A DNA stretch of 64,000 nt, taken from assembly GCF_006345805.1 (NCBI RefSeq), contig NC_043006.1, forward strand, positions 47,988,001 to 48,052,000. Direction: 5' to 3'. This document shows positions 54,333 to 64,000 of the stretch, piece by piece; the first letter of the stretch is position 1, and the number at the start of each line of letters is the position of its first letter. Below the pieces are notes generated by a model, which saw only the letters and a list, made by a program, of their open reading frames with translations, was not told the DNA's origin and made no database searches. The translations under genes and the position numbers were made by a program. This DNA comes from Octopus sinensis (Eukaryota).

Positions 54333-57300
54333 ATACCTATATGTAAATATATTCCTACATGTTTATATATATCTGCGTGTGCTTGTGAGTGTATGTGTAT
54401 ACTGAAAATACTCTACCTACATCAATTTAGATAGCATATGAATCTCTATGGAATTGACAGAAAATACCTTCGAAAACAGTTACTACAAGCACCAAGATTC
54501 AATAAACAGTGGCATAAATCACCATAGTAAATTTAACATTATTACGTACTGCATATCCACATTCTCTTTTTGATTATTACAATAACAGTCTCTTATTTAT
54601 CTCCCCTGATATTTTTAATCACAACTAATCGTTTGGTCAATAAATCTTTTTGTTTCCCATAATTAATTAGTATATTTTTCTTACGACATTATGTATGTCA
54701 ATATCATTCATAATAAATTCCGGCACAGCATGTGTATGGGTCAGAATTCCGTTCTCTGAAGTATTAACAAAATGTAATCTAAACTGATGCAATATTTCCC
54801 CTATGAAGCACCTTGAAACTATGCGAATATTGTCACGGGTCTATTCATAGATGTAATTTCTTATACCCACTGCAGTCATATTAACTAAAACTAGTAAAAT
54901 AATAAAATTTATGATAGAATGCCTACAAAAACCAATTCTAAATAAATACTAGTTATTTATCACAAAACCTTGGAAGTTTTCAGTTAGAAGTTTCGAAAAT
55001 TAGAGCAGATGTTTCCAAGGATGTTTTTCAAATAAAGCGAAATATAAAGTTTCATATATAAAACGTTTGCAAAACATTGACTTAAAATCATATTTATTCA
55101 TGTAATATATAGTTTGTCAAATTACTCATAGGAAACAAAGGCGGCTCATATTCATGGCTTTTTCCAGTGTAATATTCATAAGGGTTTAATAAAATGGTTA
55201 ACAAAATAGCAAAATGAAATCAAAATTACATGGCACACCTAACGTTTGTTCTTACACTATGGTGCTTCTATCATAAGTATAAGATAATAGTCATTTCTAA
55301 AACAGCAATGCAGCATATAACTTCTATATCTTTTCTCTCAATCTTCATCTCTCTTTCTGTTTCGGATTTTTTTTGTTTTTTTCTTTTTTCTTTTCCCATT
55401 AATGGTGATATATTACATTGGTATTGCTAGGTACAATGCAATATATATCACAATACAAAACGTTTGCATTTTTATATAACAGGCGCTTGCTTCATATGTA
55501 CTGGAATTATATTACCTGATGCAGGTTATACAGAATTGATTTTTTTTTTTGGTGTAATATCCCTAAATATCAGAGTGGCTTGGTCATGTGAACAAACTAA
55601 TCAATACTCACGCTCTGTTTACGTAACTGCAATGAGAACATCAATGTGAAAAACACAATGTTTCCCAAGAGATAAAATAGACGATCGATTTTATGTTTTT
55701 ATGAAAAATAATATAAGTATATTGAAATAGATTCTTTCAGTTATATTTATTTTCAATTCAAACAATCACATCGATAAATTACCATTATTATATTTCTCGA
55801 AAGGAAACCAAAACAATATTCAGTTATTATTTCTTTTTTTTCCCCCGCTTCTGTTAAACAACAAACATTACTTTGTGTGTCATAGAAACACTCGTGGATA
55901 TTTATTTTTATTTCTTTTGTATTGTTAATTTTATGTTAATAAGAAAAATATTTAATGTAGAATGTGTATGCATTTTCTGTTTACTTGCACCGATTTAAAG
56001 GGTTAATGACCTATATTACAGATTTGCTGTAATTAATGGACAAATTCATTGGGTAATATAATTTCAATGCATATAACAGTAATTTTGAACACTATGCAAG
56101 AGAATAGTGAAGTCAGATTCGTCAGTGTAAATAAAAGAACTAGAATGTAGCAGTCCACTATCTCTTCCTGATCAAAGGTTCTAGACCACTGATCGAGATT
56201 CCTATCTGTCTCACTACTCATTTTGCAAGCTAAGTGGATTGAAGCAACCGTAAATAAATAACCTTGTTCAAAGATATATATATATATATAATTTATGCGC
56301 CCTTTTCAAGCTTAGCCAGGCTCATGGGCCCGGTTTCCCGGTTTCTGTGGCGTATGTGTTCCCCCCAGTTGGACGGAACGCCAGTCCATCACAGCGTTAC
56401 TCAAGAAACAGGAAGAAAGAGTAAGAGAAAGTTGATGCGAAAAAGCACAACAGGTTGCCACCATCCCCTGCCAGAGCCTCGTGGAGCTTTAGGTGTTTTC
56501 ACTCAATAAACACAATCTGGGAATAGAAACTGCGATCCTCCGACCGCGAGTCCGCTGCCCTAACCACTGGGCCATTGCGCCTCCATATATATATACATAA
56601 ACATACCTATATGTAAATATATTCTTACATGTTTATATATATGTGCATGTGCTTGTGTGTGTATGTGTATAGTATATTTAGTGTAAACGCCGGCATAAAT
56701 CACCATAGTAAATTGAATATTATTACTTATTGCATATCAACATTCTGTTTTTGATTATTACAATAACAGTTTCTTAGTTATCTCCCCTGATATTTTTAAT
56801 CACAACTATCACAGATCGGGAATAAAACTCGTGATCTTATTATCGAGCGCTTAATAGCCTAATAATCAGGCCATGGGATTCCTGTACATTTTCCTTCAAA
56901 GATGCTACCTCACTTGTATTACACCACCCAACGTATAACGGATAAGTTCATGTGATTGAAAAGACTTCTCCCAAATAAAGAAAGAGTTTCATAAACTTGT
57001 TGTTTTCCTTCAGGATGTTATTTATATAATGCTTGCCTTTTTGTGTGAATCTGGTATTTCGAAACAAATCTAAATTGTGTTGTAAATGGATGCCCATCAT
57101 TCAACATCCACGCAAATGGTCCATTATAAAGGCTCATTATGCAACAAAAGGAAGTCTACGAAACGATAACAAGGATCTAGGACTTTTGTTTCTTTAGTTG
57201 AAAGTAGGTGGTCTTTCAGTTTACACCTAGGTCACTAATGATTAATTAGATGTATCATTAAAGCAAATAATTTATTCCCTAAGACAGCACAATGTGATAC

Positions 57301-57422
57301 GGATCATATTTGATACTGAAGATGCTCTATCTACCTACATCAATTTAAATAGCGTATGAATTTCTACGGAAATGACAGAAAATTCTTTCGAAAACAGTTA
57401 CTACAAGCACCAACATCCAATA
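54333..57422. repeat. Local duplication of three blocks, with order changed in the second copy
   Basis: Block A 54333-54401 / 56603-56671; block B 54412-54504 / 57330-57422; block C 54511-54627 / 56692-56808. Confidence 0.8.
56293..56585 (-). mobile_element. SINE family C, near full length
   Basis: Head ...ccctaaccactgggccattgcgcctcca; tail ttatgcgcccttttcaagcttagccaggctcatggg. Confidence 0.88.
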
Positions 57423-58193
57423 GCATAAAATATTGTCTATACAGACAGGTAGGTCCTGCTTGAATGTTCTGTGAAACGATAGGCTTTTGCAACATGAAAA
57501 CATTCCGATATTACAGCAGCCACAGATGAAACTGAGTCGGTTGTAAAAATGCCTTATCTAATTCAGGAAGATTTTTTAACACTAGTTCTATATACCAACA
57601 AGTTTAAAACATATTGACACAACTATATAGCGATCAAACAAAGCAACAGATCAGCTTGGAATAACTGCCCCCCGATGAGAACAGGCCTAGGTTGGATATT
57701 CTTAACTTACAAACTAGTTGCCCATGAAATTACTACAATCTTGATATGTAACATGTTTGACCATGGCACAACAAATAATAATTGAAAATGAGAATCACCA
57801 TGCGTTTCTGACACATCTTCATTCACCTTATACTTCTTAACTAATTGTGCATCTTTATTATGTGCATGAAACTCCGATTAACAGCGAAAGGAATGACAAC
57901 AGATTATAAATGCAGTAATATATATATTATAGTACTCTGTGTCAACCAATCTTCTGTGCATGTTTGAATATACAAATACAATACCAATATTTTAAGGAAC
58001 TTGTTGAACTTTTTTATGTCCTTAACATGTCCCTGTTACCAAAGACTGTATATATGTAACGTAGCAATTTGCAACAACCAATAATTAATGCAACCAAACT
58101 TCTACATGTTACTTTTGACAATCTTTTTCAAAGAGTGAAACCGGTAAAGTAAATAAACATCTTTTAAATAGCATTTTCAAACCTTCTTTCGTA

Positions 58194-58249
<56 letters not shown>

Positions 58250-58353
58250 ATATAGGTGTGTGTGTATGTATATACATATATATGTATGTCCGTGCTGGTA
58301 TGTACACGTATATATATATATATATGTATACATATATATATACACATATATAC

Positions 58354-58514
58354 GACGGGCTTCTTTCAGTTTCCGTCTACCAAATCCACTCACAGGGCTT
58401 TGATCGGCCCGAGGCTATAGTAGAAGACACTTGCCCAAGGTGCCACGCAGTGTGACTGTAACCGGAACCATGTACTTGGTAAGCAAGCTACTTAACACAG
58501 CCACTCCTGCGCCT
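58354..58514 (-). mobile_element. SINE family A, 5' half
   Basis: gacgggcttctttcagtttccgtctaccaaatccactcac...ccactcctgcgcc. Confidence 0.9.
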
Positions 58515-58587
58515 TTATATATATATATATATTCATATATATATAAAAGTGTACATATATATATATATGTATATATACATGTATGTT

Positions 58588-58638
<51 letters not shown>

Positions 58639-59348
58639 ATGTATGTATGTTTATATGCCTGTATGTGTGCGTGCGCGTGTGTGTATTATGTATACATCCC
58701 TACATACAAATGCATGATGAATGCTCATCCCAAAATTTATCACGTTTTCTACCTCTTTCGGATTGCGTTTATAAATAGAGCGAAGGAGATACGGAGAGGA
58801 GGAAGACGGTCACAGCAGATCTGTATCTAGATTGTTTTTTTCGTTTCATTTCTCTTTCCTTCTATTCGACTATATCCCTTCCTCTTTCCCTACTACTTTC
58901 CTTATCGCTACTCCTCACACTCTTGCATACACATTGATATCCCTCAAACACATGACTCCTCAAAAAGCAATAGAAAAATTGCGTTTTAGAAAATTATCTT
59001 GATATACTTATCTTGCTATAAAGCAATGTATATAAAGCAATATACACTTAGTTATGTGGTTAATGTCCAGATATGTATTGTCTTTTCTGACGATATATAA
59101 ACGGTCGTTTCTGGATCTATCGCTCGCCAGTTTATCTTTGTAGGGATCAAAGTTCAAAATTTAAATTTGCATATTAATGTATTATTATCTCTACGTTTCT
59201 TTGTCCTTCATTTGTGTAGTCAGACATTCTTTATCAATTAATCAATGAAAATTTACCAGTACGGTACGTAGAAACACACATACATATCCATATACGCAAA
59301 CACACACGTACACCTATACACACATACATACATACATACATACATACA

Positions 59349-59446
<98 letters not shown>

Positions 59447-59522
59447 CTTATATACATATATAATTATATATATAAATGTATATATACACATCTGTCTATC
59501 TAACTATCTACCTATTTATTTA

Positions 59523-59581
<59 letters not shown>

Positions 59582-60168
59582 GAACACACTGAAATACGTA
59601 TACATACGTATATTCAACTGCTATTGCAAGACGGGAAGAGATTCTTCAAATATTACAAAACGTAAAAGAAACTAAATAATGTTATCAACGAAGTTATACT
59701 GTTCCATATGGAGGATTCGCAGTAGAAAATGTAAGTAATGATGAGAAATGGCTTAGGTGAGAGATTAGAAATTTGTTCTTATCTTAAATTCTTTACATGC
59801 TGAATCCTTTCATTCGTCGGGTGAGCGATTCATTGCAGAAATCTAGACATTAATATCGATAGCAACATTGTGTGGTAACATACTGCAAAGAAAGATGAAA
59901 AGAACATGATATCCATTGAGAGGTAGCATATTCGGAGAGTGAAATCGACGAATAACGAGAGAGAGAGAAAGCGAAATAGGTGAAAAGTGAGAGAGAGGGG
60001 GGAGAGAAGGAGGAAGAGGCGGAAGATGTGGTAGGATGAGTATTTTTTTCTATCACTGAGATTGCCTAGTATTCCATTATATTTTTGTGTGTAATGTTTG
60101 AGAGTTAGACGTGAGAAAGGTCCGTTTCCACTCTGCAAAAACTCACATACTTCACAGAGCATGCTTGA

Positions 60169-60230
60169 TACTACTACTACTACTACTACTGCTGCTGTTG
60201 CTGCTACAAATACTACTACTACTACTACTA

Positions 60231-60266
<36 letters not shown>

Positions 60267-60267
60267 G
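60169..60267. repeat. (CTA)n/(CTG)n microsatellite
   Basis: Directly visible. Confidence 0.95.
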
Positions 60268-60627
60268 AAAAACTATAATGTACACTTCTAAAATCATAAG
60301 TATGAAACAAAAAGGTCGTATGCACCCGCTGCTTTGCATTCTCTTCTCCTTGTAAACACAGTTACGTTTTAGGTGAATCTATGGCTACAAGAACATAATG
60401 CACACTTTCCATGCTGTCGTCTTTCAGGCGTAATGATTTCGGTGGAAATGATTCGGCTGCCATATTTTTTGAGTAAAATGTAGTTTAAAGGTTTCAACAA
60501 TGGAATCGATATTTTTTTCCGAAGTACTCGACCTAACATGGCCACTGTCTATATTCCATAATCTTCAGATACTGTTTCACTCCAGCCATAAATTCTATAT
60601 CTATGAAGCCATTAAATCTTCATCATA

Positions 60628-60803
60628 TAGGCGCAGGAGTGGCTGTGTGGTAAGTAGCTTGCTTACGAACCACATGATTCCGGTTTCAGTCCCACTGCAT
60701 GGCACCTTGGGCAAGTGTCTTCTATTAAAGCCTCGGGCCGACCAAAGACTTGTGAGTGGATTTGGTAGACGGAAATTGAAAGAAGCCAGTCGTATATATG
60801 CAC

Positions 60804-60876
<73 letters not shown>

Positions 60877-61157
60877 GCGTGTGCGTGTGTGTGTGTGTGT
60901 GCGTGTGTGCGTTTGCGTGTGTGTGTGTATGTGTGTGTGTGCGCATGTTTGTGTGTCTGTGTTTGTCACCCCAACATCGCTTAACAACCGATGGTGGTGT
61001 GTTTACTTCCCCGTAACTTAGCAGTTCGATAAAATTACCCGATAGAATAAGTACTAGGCTTCCAAAGAATAAATCCTGGGGTCGATTTGCTCGACTAAAG
61101 GCGGTGCTCCAGCATGGTCGCAGTCATATAGCTGAAACAAGTAAAAGACTAAAAGAG
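60628..61157 (+). mobile_element. SINE family A, full length, long internal (TG)n
   Basis: taggcgcaggagtggctgtgtggtaag...ggcggtgctccagcatggtcgcag...aagtaaaagactaaaagag. Confidence 0.92.
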
Positions 61158-62432
61158 GAAGCACGAATAGTTTTATGTAATTTTCCTACATACGTTTCAA
61201 TAACTGTCACTCGTGGATAGGGTGGTACTATTTCTCTCAGCAACAACATCACATAATAACACCTCTGCACGTATGGAACAGCTGCATATTTCATTATAAA
61301 TATTATTGCTTTATTTTTGCTAGATTAAAAAGAATATATCAGATTATAAACTCTGATCAAATAGTTCTCACTTCAACATATACAACACAAATTTTAACAA
61401 CAATTACACATTTTTTTTACCCAACTAATACTAACTCCCACAAATCTTACATTAGTGTAGTGAATCAATTCATATTCTAATCTCAACACAATTGTATTTA
61501 TCCATTATAGTCCATTAGAAAGCAAATGCAATGTAAAATAATATTTATTTAGGTCACAATTGAAAGCAAAACACTTCCTATGCCATAAACTGGCTTAAAA
61601 GCTAACTCGTTCAGATTAAATATTAATCATCGTATTTTCAACTTCTGTTATCGAATTAGAAGCTCAGAGAATTCAACGTTTATTTAGCAACAGAATTCGA
61701 AATATAATAATTATAACACGAAATGGAAAATATTCTTCTTCGTGAAATCGCATATAAATTGTTAGAAGCATGATCAGCTCCATATCTGAAACATATGCAA
61801 TAATATACTCTAAATTAGCTCTCTTTAATTGCAACATATCGCTTGCATCCATTCTTATTCCAGCAACGTAAATCAGAAAGTTCAAAATGTTAAAATACAT
61901 TACGCCCGATAAATTACCTGAGCAGTTATATGAAACAACACAAAATGCTTCAACACGCGAGCTTGAAAGTATTTTCAGACAAATCTACCCTTACCTTGAA
62001 CAATAGAATTCCAACTTACCGTAAAACTTGCAGACTATTTCTATTAATACTCTTTGTCATAATCACCTATATTTACTATTGTCTTTTAGTTTTGCTATTC
62101 TTTTACAATTAGCAAACAACCTTTTTCCCGATACTGTCAGTGGATTGTTCTCCAATGCGCTAATATTGATTTCTAATTGTGGGACAACGTTAGCAACTTC
62201 GAGAGAGGGGCTAAGTCGATTACCTCGACCCCGGTACTCAATTGAGACTTACTTCATCGATGAAAGGCAAAGTCGACCTCGGAATACATACGCGCAAATA
62301 TTATGTTATCATTTTTATAATTATCAATTACTAAGCCAACCCCATTATAAAGCATATATTTATTACACATTTTACGTGAATGCTTTCGAAGCTTATATCT
62401 CCATCAATATCACAAGAGAAATTAAACAGCTC

Positions 62433-62855
62433 TTATTTCTTTATTGCTCACAAAGGGCTAAACATAGAAGGAACAAAGACAGACAAAGGGATTAAGTCGA
62501 TTACATCGACCCCAGTGTGTAACTGGAACTTAATTTATCGACCCTGAATGGATGAAAGGCAAAGTCGGCCTCGGCGGAATTTGAACTCAGAACGTAACGG
62601 CATACGAAATACCTATTTCACCTATTTCTTTACTACCCACAAGGGGCTAAACACAGAGGGGACAAACAAGGACAGACAAACGGATTAAGTCGATTACATC
62701 GACCCCAGTGCGTAACTGGTACTTAATTTATCGACCCCGAAAGGATGAAAGGCAATGTCGACCTCGGCGGAATTTGAACTCAGAACGTAGCGACAGATGA
62801 AATACCGCTAAGCATTTCGCCCGGCGTGCTAACGTTGCTGCCAGCTCGCCGCCTT
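62433..62855 (-). mobile_element. SINE family B, head plus two tandem bodies; extra fragment at about 62195-62286
   Basis: A body of about 185 bp is repeated; head ...gctgccagctcgccgcctt. Confidence 0.92.
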
Positions 62856-63561
62856 CATCTCATCCTTTCATCTTACCTTTATCAAAATAATATTATTCAA
62901 TAAGACTTTTACGCATTAGATGGACAAAACTTAATACTTAAAGCTATATACAATCGTTTACTCATCTTAAAGACTTACAGAGATTTAGAAATGAATATAT
63001 AAATACATTTTTCAAACGTGAAATAAGCCCTTGAACAAAATCAACCTGTGTAGAGTAACCAATAAATAATTCTTATCTTTATTTACTGTGCAAAGTCACC
63101 AGAAATATATATCTTCCGTTCTAAACCAATGGTCCTTTCAAACAAAATATATACATTACGCTTCTACTTTTCGGTGATATATATTAACTATTTCTCTTTA
63201 GCATTAATCATCGTCACAGTATATAGTTATATATTCAATTACTGCTCTATCTCTCTATTTGCCTTTCAGACCGTTTCCTAATTACATTTTATGGTACTTA
63301 TAGTATTGACGACATTTAAACAAATTTTATATTCAAACTGTATGATTAATTATTATTCAATCGGTATAAAGTATGGGTACTTATTTATCATTGTTCCTAT
63401 ATTCTTGTCATTTGAAGGTAACACAAACATACACGCACACGCGCGCACACACACATACAGACGCACACACTCAATCACACACATATGAAAGTATGAACGT
63501 ATATATGACTTTATAGCTCTACATGTATTTATATTATTCTTTTCTATTTCTCTCTCTTTCT

Positions 63562-63608
<47 letters not shown>

Positions 63609-63753
63609 AGGGAGAACAACAAACAGATGTATTAGTATAACGCTCTGGAAGTGAAAAAGTCTTTAGCGTTTCGAGCCTACGCTCTTCAACAGAAAGGAAC
63701 ACAGAAAGAGACAAGCAGAGAAAATAAAGAATGTGTAGTGGATAGCGACCTAT
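63609..63753 (-). mobile_element. Family H element between (TA)n and (GATA)n
   Basis: Minus strand cttt-CTGTTGA-a-gagc(gtag)gctc-GAAA-cg-ct-aaaga. Confidence 0.72.
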
Positions 63754-63791
63754 ATAGATAGATATATAGAGAGATAGATAGACAGACAGAC

Positions 63792-63886
<95 letters not shown>

Positions 63887-64000
63887 GATAGAGGGAAAGA
63901 TAGACAGACAGAGAAAGAGAGAGAGAGAGATGCAAAAGCAGATTCCACCGTTTTCTGGGTGTAGACACTCACGTATACCTGAATATATATTTTTATCTAT

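Noticed and set aside
61985-62070. Strong minus-strand donor sites (acg/gtaagt, aag/gtaagg) as an exon end
   Set aside because: The upstream sequence has stops in all three frames and no polypyrimidine acceptor.

Overview
AT-rich, microsatellite-saturated eukaryotic DNA. The SINE families and repeat style resemble coleoid cephalopod (Octopus-like) DNA; this is an inference from recalled repeats, with no database check. No host protein-coding gene could be identified, and most ORF-track entries are translated (TA)n/(CA)n/(GATA)n/(TACA)n microsatellites. Recognisable content: a decayed CR1-group LINE reverse transcriptase (4.1-5.6 kb), the C-terminal restriction-like endonuclease of a HERO-like retrotransposon (18.9-19.2 kb), a Penelope-like GIY-YIG C-terminus (29.3-29.5 kb), an internally deleted mariner with TIRs (29.85-30.4 kb), and about 30 tRNA-derived SINE copies from several families. 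The most interesting signal is a set of small elements carrying minimal type-I hammerhead ribozyme folds of the Penelope type, concentrated at 27.7-31.2 kb. (1) A ~570-bp foldback carries, in both arms, a hammerhead whose core is UUGACAA, a compensatory U3-A8 version of the C3-G8 tertiary pair. (2) A tRNA-headed SINE has a hammerhead-containing 3' tail and an inverted copy of that tail at its 5' end; the same tail is fused to the Penelope-like GIY-YIG fragment, suggesting a SINE mobilised by a Penelope-like element. (3) A dispersed family with a variant CUGUYGA core sits in (TA)n tracts. Coordinates and identities were read by eye and are approximate.
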